The translations under genes were made by a program, and so were the position numbers. A stretch of DNA of 32,000 nucleotides, taken from Coprobacillaceae bacterium (GTDB lineage: Bacteria > Bacillota_I > Bacilli_A > Erysipelotrichales > Coprobacillaceae). Below are positions 9,828 to 18,487 of this stretch, one piece after another. Positions within the stretch are counted from its first letter, which is position 1. The number at the start of each line of letters is the position of its first letter. Location of the stretch: positions 1,140,001-1,172,000 of the forward strand of contig OY776328.1 in the NCBI GenBank assembly GCA_963675515.1, read 5' to 3'. Below the pieces are notes generated by a model. The model did no database searches, had not been told where the DNA came from, and saw only the letters and a list, made by a program, of their open reading frames with translations.

Positions 9828-11621
9828 ATGACATTAAGTGCGATCAACATTACAAAAACATTCCGCGATGGCGGGTCGGTCAATCAGGTATTTGAAAATC
9901 TGAGCATTTCTTTTCCTGCTGCGGGTTGTGTCTATCTGGTGGGGAAATCGGGCGGGGGCAAGTCGACATTGTTGAACATTTTAGGGGGCATCGAAAGTGT
10001 CGATTCGGGCATGGTCACCCTCAACAACCGGGATATTTCAAGGATTGGGGAATACCTGCGCGACCATGTGGCCTTCTTGCACCAGCGGGCCAATCTGCTT
10101 GGCTTTTTGAACGCCCGGGCCAATGTGGTTCTCGCCTGCGATCTTAAGCGGGTTTGTTTCGATGAAAAAAAGTACCGGGCACTTGTGGCTTCGATGGACC
10201 TTTGCGGCCATGACGAAAAGCCAATCAGCCAGCTCTCGTTTGGGATGTGCCAGCGTTTCGCTTTGATCCAGGCGCTTTTAAGCAAGGCCAGGATAATCCT
10301 GCTTGATGAGCCGACGGGAAGCGTCGACTTGCATAGCCGGTCCATCATCAAGAAGACGATCGAAAAGTATTCGAAGGATCGGCTGTTTGTGATCGCCACC
10401 CATGACTTGAAGCTCATTTCCAGCGGCATGGTTGTCGACCTCGACAATCTTGGCCGGACATATGATTTCAACAATGACAGATATGCCCTTGTAAAAAGAG
10501 GACCGCTGGCACCGTTCCGGTGGAATCTGTATTCATGGAAGCAGTTTTCAAGAGACTGGAAAAAGGCGGCGCTGATCGTGTCATCGCAGGCCATAATCGC
10601 CACAGCAATCGTCGTGATGCTGGTCCTTTTTTATCAGGGGGCAAGATATATCGATTCCGCCCGGGCTGAGTGTCCCTATAACCGGATAATCACAATCGAG
10701 TCCTCTAGCATCGCTTTTGAAAAGTCCTATCTCGACAAGCTTGTGGCTGATTATGGCGTAATTGGCTACAATCCTTATCTGGACTTGAATTCTTTGATCC
10801 TGAAAAACGACGATGACTATCTCGATGTGCAAAGTTTCCAGTGCAATCCCGATATTGCCCAGTCATCGATAAAGGCAGGCAGGATGATCGGGAATCCGGG
10901 TGAGATCCTCGTCAACCAGGCGCTTGTCGATCGGGGAGTTAATCTAGGCGAACAGATAGTGGGGACAGTTGCCCCGATCACACTTGTTGTCGTGGGGGTG
11001 ATCGCGGATGAGTTCAACTCCCTTCCTGGTGTCTATTACCAGGACGGCTATCTCCCCGTCGGGCTAAGTGGCGATATGACCAAGGTCAACCTGGTGGTGG
11101 AGGACTACACCCAAATCGCTAGACTGATTGATTCGCTAAAAGGGGACTTTTATGCTTACAGCGACTTTTTGACATTCAAAGAAAGCTATTCGAATCTTCT
11201 GGCCCTGGCGGGATTTGCCGGAGCTTTTTTCATTGTGGTCGCCCTGGTCATCGGGGTGATCCTTTATTCCCTGGTCATCTCAGCCACCTTTTACCAGCGC
11301 CATCAGGACAATTGTCTCTTGCTTATCCTTGGCTTGAATAAGCGCGGGTTGCTTGGAAACATGATTGGCGAGAGCCTGGCTGTGGGGATGGTTATTTCAA
11401 TGATGGGATCGTTTTTTGGGCTGATAGCGACCAACTTTGTCAAGGAGATGGACTTCATTCCCGACTTTCTAAAGACGCCCCTGAAACTTGATTTTACTAC
11501 GACGGCCGGACTGTTTTTGGCAATTGTCCTGGTCTATTCGCTGGTCGGTCTGGTCGCAACACTCAGCCAGTTAAATACGATCAGAAAACTCAAAATTTCA
11601 CAAGTTCTAAAGGAAGAATAA
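9828..11621 (+). CDS. ABC transporter, fused ATP-binding domain + FtsX/MacB-type permease (degenerate signature motif)
   Basis: Walker A is GKSGGGKST, Walker B is ILLDEPTGSVD and the H-loop is IATHD. The signature is LSFGMCQ instead of LSGGQ (10233-10253). The C-terminal half has TM1, a roughly 210-aa extracytoplasmic domain and TM2-4. The start is set at ATG 9828 (SD AAGGAG). Confidence 0.78.
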   Translation: MTLSAINITKTFRDGGSVNQVFENLSISFPAAGCVYLVGKSGGGKSTLLNILGGIESVDSGMVTLNNRDISRIGEYLRDHVAFLHQRANLLGFLNARANVVLACDLKRVCFDEKKYRALVASMDLCGHDEKPISQLSFGMCQRFALIQALLSKARIILLDEPTGSVDLHSRSIIKKTIEKYSKDRLFVIATHDLKLISSGMVVDLDNLGRTYDFNNDRYALVKRGPLAPFRWNLYSWKQFSRDWKKAALIVSSQAIIATAIVVMLVLFYQGARYIDSARAECPYNRIITIESSSIAFEKSYLDKLVADYGVIGYNPYLDLNSLILKNDDDYLDVQSFQCNPDIAQSSIKAGRMIGNPGEILVNQALVDRGVNLGEQIVGTVAPITLVVVGVIADEFNSLPGVYYQDGYLPVGLSGDMTKVNLVVEDYTQIARLIDSLKGDFYAYSDFLTFKESYSNLLALAGFAGAFFIVVALVIGVILYSLVISATFYQRHQDNCLLLILGLNKRGLLGNMIGESLAVGMVISMMGSFFGLIATNFVKEMDFIPDFLKTPLKLDFTTTAGLFLAIVLVYSLVGLVATLSQLNTIRKLKISQVLKEE

Positions 11622-11622
11622 T

Positions 11623-13446
11623 ATGCTTGAAATAAAAAACCTCACAAAACTTTATAATGACCAGACCATACTTTCCAATATCAACCTGACATTCAGGTCT
11701 GAGGGTCTCTACTTCATCACCGGTAAAAGCGGCAAGGGCAAGACAACCCTGTTCAACCTTATCGGCAAGATTGACCGCGATTACCAAGGCGAAATCCGTT
11801 TTGACGGTATGGACATCCAGGCCATCAAAAACTACCAGGGCCGCTATGTCAGCTACCTGTTCCAGAGTCCGACCCTGGTCAACGAGCTTGGCTGTTCAGG
11901 CAATTATCAGCTTCCCGCCATCTTCAACAAGGTGATAGCCAAAGCCGCCCGGAATGCGATTCTCGACAAGCTGGCTATATCCCAGCTGGGAAACTGCAAC
12001 GTCTTGAAGATATCCGGGGGCCAGAAATCCAGGGTGGCGCTGATGCGGACGCTCATGTCAAATCCCCGGATAATCCTGGCCGATGAGCCGACCGCTTCGC
12101 TCGACCATGAAAATGCGCTAAAGGTGCTGGATTTCTTGAAGGCTCAGGCAAAAGAACGCCTGGTGATCGTCATAACCCACGACCACAGCCTGATCGATGA
12201 AGATGCCACAGGAGTAGTCGATCTCGATACGGGAGCCACCTTGCCACCGGTGGACCAAAAGCCGGATTTTGTGGAACTGGACCAGCCGGCCCATAAGATC
12301 GGTAGCCTTGCTATTAAATGGCTGCGCATCGATCTTAGGACGAATGTGAAAATGGTGGCGGGCATCGTGATCGCCCTGGTGACGATAATGATAACGGCTG
12401 TTGTCGCCTTGGGACTCAAGCAGGAGGTCAATCTCGAGTTGAACCAGCTGTTTTCAACGTCGTCATATTCGTCCCGGCTAAAAAGCCAGGAGGCGATTAC
12501 CCTGACTGCCCTGGAGCCATTGCAGGATGATCCTGACATAACCCACCTTTATCTGCTTATGGATGAATATGAATTCCTGGGTGTGGCCCTGGACGGTGAT
12601 GTCAAGGAAAACCTGATCATCCCGGTGAATGACCCCACCAAGGCCAAGCCGGTCCATTTCACAGGGAACGATGGCGTGGTCGTGTCCAAAAGGCTGGCCG
12701 ACCGCCTCGATCTTCAAGGTGATGGGCTTGAAGATGTCTATCTGTATTTTTCCTATCATGATGTGATCAAGAGTCTGAAGGTAAATGTCGCGGGAATATC
12801 CCAGGCCAATGAGATAGTCGACAGCCTGTATTTCAATGAGCTTGAACCGGTCGGGATGGTGGCCGACCTTTTTCATGAGGATGTGGGCTCCATCGAAGGG
12901 TCGATTGTGACAATCGAAGGATCGGACCTTTCCCTTGAATATCTCGAAAAAAACCACCCCGACTTCCAATTCAAGGTCCTGGGAGCGTCCTTGAAAGACC
13001 AGGTCAATGCCATGCTTGACAATATCAACCTGGCGCTGCTGCTTTTTAGCTGCCTTTCCCTGGTGGCCTCGCTGTTTCTTGTCGGGGAGGTCGTCTATCT
13101 AAGTGTAATCAAGAACCGCCGCAACATCGGTATCTTCATGACCCTTGGAGCGACAAGCGGTGATCTGGCAAGGATGATCATGATTGAAACAACGCTTCTT
13201 GTCACTCTTGGTTTCGTTGTGGCGTGTGGCTATGTCTTTGGTCTTGTCGCCCTGGTCAATCATCTGGCAGTAAATACCGGCGAGTTCAATTTCGTGGCCA
13301 AGGAGTTTCTGGTGTTCGACTGGAGTGTCGCCTTGACCGTGTATCTGATCATGCTTGGAGTGTCGCTGTTGGCCTCCTTATCTCCGGCGATCATTGCGAG
13401 CAGGCAGGATGTCAAAAAGGTTTTAACAACTGGTCGGGAACACTGA
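11623..13446 (+). CDS. ABC transporter, fused ATP-binding domain + FtsX/MacB-type permease (canonical motifs)
   Basis: Walker A is GKSGKGKTT, the signature is ISGGQKSR, Walker B is ILADEPTASLD and the H-loop is ITHDH. Topology matches the upstream paralog. The start lies 1 nt after the upstream stop. Confidence 0.78.
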   Translation: MLEIKNLTKLYNDQTILSNINLTFRSEGLYFITGKSGKGKTTLFNLIGKIDRDYQGEIRFDGMDIQAIKNYQGRYVSYLFQSPTLVNELGCSGNYQLPAIFNKVIAKAARNAILDKLAISQLGNCNVLKISGGQKSRVALMRTLMSNPRIILADEPTASLDHENALKVLDFLKAQAKERLVIVITHDHSLIDEDATGVVDLDTGATLPPVDQKPDFVELDQPAHKIGSLAIKWLRIDLRTNVKMVAGIVIALVTIMITAVVALGLKQEVNLELNQLFSTSSYSSRLKSQEAITLTALEPLQDDPDITHLYLLMDEYEFLGVALDGDVKENLIIPVNDPTKAKPVHFTGNDGVVVSKRLADRLDLQGDGLEDVYLYFSYHDVIKSLKVNVAGISQANEIVDSLYFNELEPVGMVADLFHEDVGSIEGSIVTIEGSDLSLEYLEKNHPDFQFKVLGASLKDQVNAMLDNINLALLLFSCLSLVASLFLVGEVVYLSVIKNRRNIGIFMTLGATSGDLARMIMIETTLLVTLGFVVACGYVFGLVALVNHLAVNTGEFNFVAKEFLVFDWSVALTVYLIMLGVSLLASLSPAIIASRQDVKKVLTTGREH

Positions 13447-13488
13447 TGACTTCAATCATGAGAGGTTCAAAGTGTCGATAAAAAAAAC

Positions 13489-13518
13489 TTGAATCGGCTA
13501 TGGTGGCTATGCTATAAT
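13489..13518 (+). promoter_or_regulatory. Putative promoter of the leuS leader
   Basis: TTGAAT (13489-13494), 18-nt spacer, TATAAT (13513-13518). Confidence 0.45.
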
Positions 13519-13524
13519 GGGTTG

Positions 13525-13740
13525 GTAAAATCAGTGAAAAGGAATATTAGCTTGCGAAGTTATTTTAGAGAGATAGTGGTTGGTGGAAACTATCATGACT
13601 GACAGCGAACTCGCCTTGGAGATGCATGGATGAAGCAGTAGTCCGTGCCGTTGACTGCGTTAAAGTTTTGAGGTGCCAAGCAATTGGAACTAAGGTGGTA
13701 ACGCGCAAGGTCGTCCTTAGATGGATGGCCTTTTTTTGTT
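13525..13740 (+). promoter_or_regulatory. T-box leader (tRNA-Leu responsive) with terminator
   Basis: Stem-I elements are an AGAGA box (about 13566) and a GGTGGAAAC distal loop. The specifier region 'GAACTCGCCTTGG' carries the Leu codons CTC (13610-13612) and CTT (13615-13617). The T-box core is GGTGGTAACGCG (13694-13705). The terminator is AAGGTCGTCC/GGATGGCCTT followed by T7 (13707-13736). Confidence 0.82.
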
Positions 13741-13755
13741 TAGAGGAGGAAAAAT

Positions 13756-16152
13756 ATGGCATTTGATCATCATCAAGTTGAAGCTAAGTGGCAGAAATAC
13801 TGGTTGGAAAACAAGACCTTTGCGACTGATGCTCACGATTTTAGCAAGGAGAAATTTTACTGTCTGGACATGTTCCCTTACCCATCGGGCAACGGGCTTC
13901 ACGTGGGCCATCCCGAAGGATATACGGCGACAGACATCGTTTCAAGAATGAAACGGATGCAAGGGAAGAACGTCCTTCATCCGATGGGATTCGATTCATT
14001 CGGTCTGCCAGCGGAGCAGTATGCGATCAACACCGGTAACCATCCGGCCGAGTTCACCCAGAAAAACATCGATGTTTTCCGCAAGCAGATCCAGTCACTT
14101 GGATTCTCTTACGACTGGGATCGCGAAATCGCGACCAGCTCGCCTGACTATTACAAATGGACCCAATGGATCTTCACGAAACTTTACGATATGGGACTGG
14201 CCTATGTCGACGAGATTCCGGTCAACTGGTGTCCCGAACTCAAGGCGGTTCTTGCCAATGAGGAAGTGATCGACGGCAAATCGGAACGCGGGGGCTTCCC
14301 GGTCATCCGCAAACCGATGCGCCAATGGGTCTTGAAAATCACCGAATATGCGGAAAGGCTGCTTGACGACCTTGAAGATCTCGACTGGCCTGAAGCGACC
14401 AAACAGATGCAACGCAACTGGATAGGAAAATCGGTGGGAGCACAGGTCGATTTCAAGATCGCCAATACGGATAAGGTGTTCACGGTCTTCACGACCCGGG
14501 CGGACACGCTTTTTGGGGCGACCTACTGTGTCATGGCGCCTGAACATCCTTTTGTGGGCGAAATCGTGACACCTGAACAGGCTGAGGCGGTAAGACAATA
14601 CCAGTCTGAGATCGAATCGAAATCCGATCTTGAACGGACCGACCTGGCCAAAGACAAGACCGGGGTTTTCACCGGAGCCTATGCGATCAATCCGGTCAAC
14701 GGGAAAGAGATCCCGATCTGGATTGCCGACTATGTCCTTTCAAGCTACGGTACCGGTGCGATCATGGCGGTTCCGGCTCACGACGAGCGTGACTGGGAAT
14801 TCGCTAAGAAATTCGATCTGGAAATCATTCCGGTCCTGGATGGAGGCGATGTCGACCAGGCTGCCTTCACTCAGGACGGTCCTCACATCAATTCCGGATT
14901 CCTTGATGGAATGAACAAGGAAGATGCCATTGCGGCAATGATCAAATGGCTTACTGACAACAAGACCGGTGAAGCGAAGGTTACCTACAAACTGCGCGAC
15001 TGGCTTTTCTCGAGACAGCGCTACTGGGGTGAACCGATTCCGCTGATCCATATGGAAGACGGGACGACCCGGACTGTTCCTTTGGAGCAGCTGCCTTTGG
15101 AACTTCCGGCGACAAACAACTTCAAGCCATCGGACAACGGAGAATCACCGCTGGCCAATGTCGAAGAATGGCTCAATGTCGAAATCGATGGAGTCAAGGG
15201 ACGCCGCGAAACGAACACGATGCCCCAATGGGCCGGTTCATGCTGGTACTACATCCGCTACATCGACCCGCACAATGACAAGCAGATCTGCGATCCTGAG
15301 CTGATCAAGCACTGGCTGCCAGTCGACCTGTATATCGGGGGAGCCGAGCATGCGGTATTGCACTTGCTTTATTCCCGTTTCTGGCACAAGGTCCTTTACG
15401 ATGCGGGAGTAGTTGCCTGCAAGGAACCTTGGCAGCGCCTGTTCCACCAGGGGATGATCCTGGGGGACAACGGCGAAAAGATGTCTAAATCAAGAGGCAA
15501 TGTCATCAATCCTGACGAAATCGTGGCCAGCCACGGTGCCGATACCTTGAGACTCTACGAGATGTTCATGGGACCTCTCGAGGCAGCCCTGCCTTGGTCG
15601 ACCAACGGTCTTGACGGATCGCGCAAATGGCTTGACCGGGTTTACCGCCTGCTTTCCAATCCGGAAAACATCGTGAGCGAAAACGACGGCAAGCTTGACC
15701 GCGTCTACCACCAGACTGTCAAGAAGGTGACCGAAGACTTCGAGACGCTGGGATTCAATACGGCCATCTCGCAGATGATGATCTTCATCAACGAATGTTA
15801 CAAAAACAAGACTGTCTATCGGGAATATGCCTTCAATTTCGTCAAGATGCTGTCATGTATCGCACCCCATGTCGGTGAGGAACTGTGGCAGGTTCTAGGT
15901 CACGAGAACACCGTTTCTTACGAGCCATGGCCGACTTACGACGAGAAGATGCTTGTCGAAGACGAGGTTGAAATCGTGGTCCAGGTAAACGGCAAAGTCC
16001 GGGCCAAACTGACTGCCGCCCTCAACGAGGATGAGGACAAAGTCAAGGAAATGGCGCTGGGCAATGATAATATTATCTTCCATACCCGTGACAAGAACAT
16101 CGTCAAGATCATTGTCGTTAAAAACAAGATCGTCAATATCGTTGTAAAATAA
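13756..16152 (+). CDS. leuS: Leucine--tRNA ligase
   Basis: 798 aa with class-I HIGH ([12 protein letters not shown]) and KMSKS motifs, and a bacterial LeuRS N-terminus '[12 protein letters not shown]'. Confidence 0.97.
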   Translation: MAFDHHQVEAKWQKYWLENKTFATDAHDFSKEKFYCLDMFPYPSGNGLHVGHPEGYTATDIVSRMKRMQGKNVLHPMGFDSFGLPAEQYAINTGNHPAEFTQKNIDVFRKQIQSLGFSYDWDREIATSSPDYYKWTQWIFTKLYDMGLAYVDEIPVNWCPELKAVLANEEVIDGKSERGGFPVIRKPMRQWVLKITEYAERLLDDLEDLDWPEATKQMQRNWIGKSVGAQVDFKIANTDKVFTVFTTRADTLFGATYCVMAPEHPFVGEIVTPEQAEAVRQYQSEIESKSDLERTDLAKDKTGVFTGAYAINPVNGKEIPIWIADYVLSSYGTGAIMAVPAHDERDWEFAKKFDLEIIPVLDGGDVDQAAFTQDGPHINSGFLDGMNKEDAIAAMIKWLTDNKTGEAKVTYKLRDWLFSRQRYWGEPIPLIHMEDGTTRTVPLEQLPLELPATNNFKPSDNGESPLANVEEWLNVEIDGVKGRRETNTMPQWAGSCWYYIRYIDPHNDKQICDPELIKHWLPVDLYIGGAEHAVLHLLYSRFWHKVLYDAGVVACKEPWQRLFHQGMILGDNGEKMSKSRGNVINPDEIVASHGADTLRLYEMFMGPLEAALPWSTNGLDGSRKWLDRVYRLLSNPENIVSENDGKLDRVYHQTVKKVTEDFETLGFNTAISQMMIFINECYKNKTVYREYAFNFVKMLSCIAPHVGEELWQVLGHENTVSYEPWPTYDEKMLVEDEVEIVVQVNGKVRAKLTAALNEDEDKVKEMALGNDNIIFHTRDKNIVKIIVVKNKIVNIVVK

Positions 16153-16166
16153 TCTAATTGATTTTG

Positions 16167-16200
16167 AAGTGTGATCATGTTTCAGTGGTCACACTTTTTT
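16167..16200 (+). terminator. leuS terminator
   Basis: AAGTGTGATCA ... TGGTCACACTT hairpin (one G-U pair) followed by T6. Confidence 0.7.
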
Positions 16201-16278
16201 AAATTCTGGTGCAACTCCAGGTGGATTGAGAAATGAACAAAACTGTAGCACAATGTATTACAAAAAGAGGTGGTTTGC

Positions 16279-16496
16279 ATGAGTTTTTCAATCAGATTGA
16301 ACAAAGAAGAGGAAGAACTGTTTAAAAGCTATGTTAGGCTCCATGGTTACTCATTGTCGGAAGCCTTGAAAAAGGCTTTACTTGAAAAATCGAAGATGAT
16401 TATGATATAGCGTTGGCGAAGCAAGCCTACGAAGATTTCATCAAAGACCCGACAACCGTATCTCATGATGAGTTGAAAAGACAGCTTGGGCTATGA
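16279..16496 (+). pseudogene. RelB/DinJ-type (RHH, DUF6290-like) antitoxin, interrupted by a 1-nt frameshift
   Basis: Frame 1 gives MSFSIRLNKEEEELFKSYVRLHGYSLSEALKKALLEK, then runs out of frame to TAG 16408-16410. The shifted frame continues (I)EDDYDIALAKQAYEDFIKDPTTVSHDELKRQLGL and ends in an ATGA overlap with the toxin start. The break is at the A5 run 16385-16389. Confidence 0.72.
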
Positions 16497-16762
16497 GTTA
16501 TCAGGTCCGTTATAGCAAGAATGCAGTAAAACAGATCAAAATGATGGATTATTACACAAGGCTGATGATCATCAATTGGATTGAAAACAATCTGGTCGTT
16601 TGCGATAATCCCCGGTCCCAGGGAAAAGCTTTGACCGGAGAAACGAAAAACCAGCGGCGTTATCGGGTGGGGGATTACCGGATCCTTTGTGATTTGGTGG
16701 ATGACCAACTCATCATCCTGGTCATCAATGTGGGTCATAGAAGAGAAATTTACAAAAAGTGA
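16493..16762 (+). CDS. RelE/ParE-family type II toxin
   Basis: 89 aa with the family-typical C-terminal block 'YRVGDYRILCDLVDDQLIILVINVGHRREIY'. It has a 4-nt overlap with the upstream antitoxin frame. Confidence 0.8.
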   Translation: MSYQVRYSKNAVKQIKMMDYYTRLMIINWIENNLVVCDNPRSQGKALTGETKNQRRYRVGDYRILCDLVDDQLIILVINVGHRREIYKK

Positions 16763-16927
16763 TTTCTCTAATTTTGCTTCTCGATTATGTTTTTTGGCTC
16801 TGCTTTTGGATTTGGAATCCGTCTTGCCTGATTATTCGAGGTATTTAAAACCACGAATTAAATCCAAATTGAATTCCAATCAATTATAGACTTATGGAGT
16901 GTGAAATAGGCAAATATTAGAATACCG

Positions 16928-16936
16928 TGGTATAAT
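16928..16936 (+). promoter_or_regulatory. Extended -10 promoter element upstream of fic
   Basis: TGgTATAAT (16928-16936), followed by SD GGAGGG and ATG 16972. Confidence 0.4.
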
Positions 16937-16971
16937 GATTTCCAAGAGATTTAGTTAATGGAGGGACGTAA

Positions 16972-17577
16972 ATGATACTGGAAAATAAGCTGGTGATCAG
17001 CGATCCGGTTGAACTTGCCTTGATAGAGGGATGAGTGAGCAAGAAAAAAGCGCGGCGGCTATTAGATGAATCTGCACTTATCCAAGTGAATGTCGGGGCA
17101 TTTGAAAGTCTTCGCAAAATCCATCAATATTTGTTTGATGAAGTCTATGATTTTGCCGGCAAACTGCGAACCGTCAATATTGCGAAAGGAAATTTCCGTT
17201 TTGCCCCGGTGATGTATCTGCAAGCATCGCTGGAACATATCGAAAAGATGCCTCAAAGCACGTTTGATGAGATTGTTGAAAAATATGTCGAGATGAACAT
17301 CGCCCACCCATTCAGGGAAGGCAACGGGAGAGCGAAAAGAATTTGGCTTGATTCGATACTTGAAAAAGAACTTATGAGAGTTGTCGATTGGTCGCAGGTG
17401 AAAAAGGAAGAATATTCTCTTGCGGTGGAACGCGGTCCGATCAAGGATGTCGAAATCAAACACCTTCTTAAAAATGCGTTGACCGAAAAAATCGATGACC
17501 GTGATGTGTTCATGAAAGGCATCGATGCGAGTTACTTCTACGAAGGATACTACGCCTATGCGACGTCGGAATTGTGA
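16972..17577 (+). pseudogene. fic: Class-III Fic (AMPylase-type Fido) protein interrupted by an in-frame TGA at codon 21
   Basis: ATG 16972 (strong SD) encodes MILENKLVISDPVELALIEG, then TGA at 17032-17034. The same frame continues from GTG 17035 for 180 aa. That part has the Fic motif HPFREGNGR (17305-17331) and the C-terminal inhibitory-helix motif SYFYEG (17530-17547). Confidence 0.75.
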
Positions 17578-17624
17578 AAATAGGATATTGATCAGACTAT
17601 GATTAAAATTGCATAGGGAGAAGG

Positions 17625-18404
17625 ATGAATATGAAAATGCCTGCTATTTTCGTCGGCCATGGATCGCCGATGAATGCGATAGAAACAAATGTTTACACCA
17701 GACAATGGGCTAAGATTGGGAAAATGTACCAGCCCAAAGCCATACTGATGATTTCGGCTCACTGGTACAAGCCTGCCACGGTTACCCAGGATGCCAAGAT
17801 TCCTAGTCAGATTTACGACATGTACGGTTTTCCCGAAGCTTTGTATAAGTTGAAATACCCCGCAAAAGGCGATGAAAATCTGACTGGCCGGGTCGTGGAA
17901 TCGCTAAGCGATTACGGTATAACCATCGACGACAGCTGGGGAATTGACCATGGGGCCTGGTCGGTTTTGGTCCACATGTACCCAAAAGCCGACATTCCGG
18001 TTGTCCAGCTTAGCGTCAATTACAAGTTGGCCCCGGCAGGGCAGTTCGAACTGGGGCAAAAGTTGGCCGTCTTGCGCGATGAGGGATATATGATCATCGC
18101 CAGTGGCAATATTGTCCACAACCTGCGTCTGGTCGATTTTTACGCCAACAAGCCCTTTGACTGGGCGGTTGCCTTCGACGACCATATCGAACAGGCGATC
18201 AAAAACAAGGATTATGGGGCCTGTGTAAACTATCAGGGTTTCGGGGATGCCGCCAAAAAAGCGGTTTTGACGCCTGACCATTACTACCCTTTGCTTGTGC
18301 TTCTGGGAACGGTTGACGATGATGATAGTGTCACTGTCTTCAACAAAGGTTACGAGTATGGCAGCCTGTCGATGACCGGTTATCTTTTCGATGGAGCCCA
18401 GTGA
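17625..18404 (+). CDS. ygiD: 4,5-DOPA dioxygenase extradiol-like (LigB/class III extradiol dioxygenase, YgiD family)
   Basis: 'PAIFVGHGSPMNA' at the N-terminus, 'ISAHW' and 'DHGAWSVL' are typical YgiD/DODA motifs. The start is ambiguous among ATGs 17625, 17631 and 17637. Confidence 0.82.
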   Translation: MNMKMPAIFVGHGSPMNAIETNVYTRQWAKIGKMYQPKAILMISAHWYKPATVTQDAKIPSQIYDMYGFPEALYKLKYPAKGDENLTGRVVESLSDYGITIDDSWGIDHGAWSVLVHMYPKADIPVVQLSVNYKLAPAGQFELGQKLAVLRDEGYMIIASGNIVHNLRLVDFYANKPFDWAVAFDDHIEQAIKNKDYGACVNYQGFGDAAKKAVLTPDHYYPLLVLLGTVDDDDSVTVFNKGYEYGSLSMTGYLFDGAQ

Positions 18405-18487
18405 CTGGATATTCCGACAAATGCCGGTAGCCAATAATTGCCAAATATGTTACAATTGAGTAAATAAACCTTCAAGGAGACAATCAA

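Noticed and set aside
9932-10603. 223-aa minus-strand ORF
   Set aside because: It is antisense to the NBD of the first ABC fusion, which has clear Walker motifs. It is spurious.
16689-16971. 66-aa ORF (16689-16889), the short inverted repeats TTTGGATT/AATCCAAA and the GGATT-tgg-AATCC hairpin in the relE-fic spacer, considered as a small gene or mobile-element remnant
   Set aside because: The ORF overlaps the relE 3' end out of frame and has no SD. The repeats are short (8 bp or less) in AT-rich DNA, with no terminal inverted repeats, target duplications or transposase. There is not enough evidence.
17032-17034. In-frame TGA in fic as evidence for genetic code 4 or 25 (TGA = Trp or Gly)
   Set aside because: The Trp codons I checked in conserved genes here (e.g. 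leuS) are TGG. leuS, metK and pntB contain no internal TGA. TGA ends several genes at family-typical C-termini (relE, fic, the ABC genes). The genome therefore uses the standard code.
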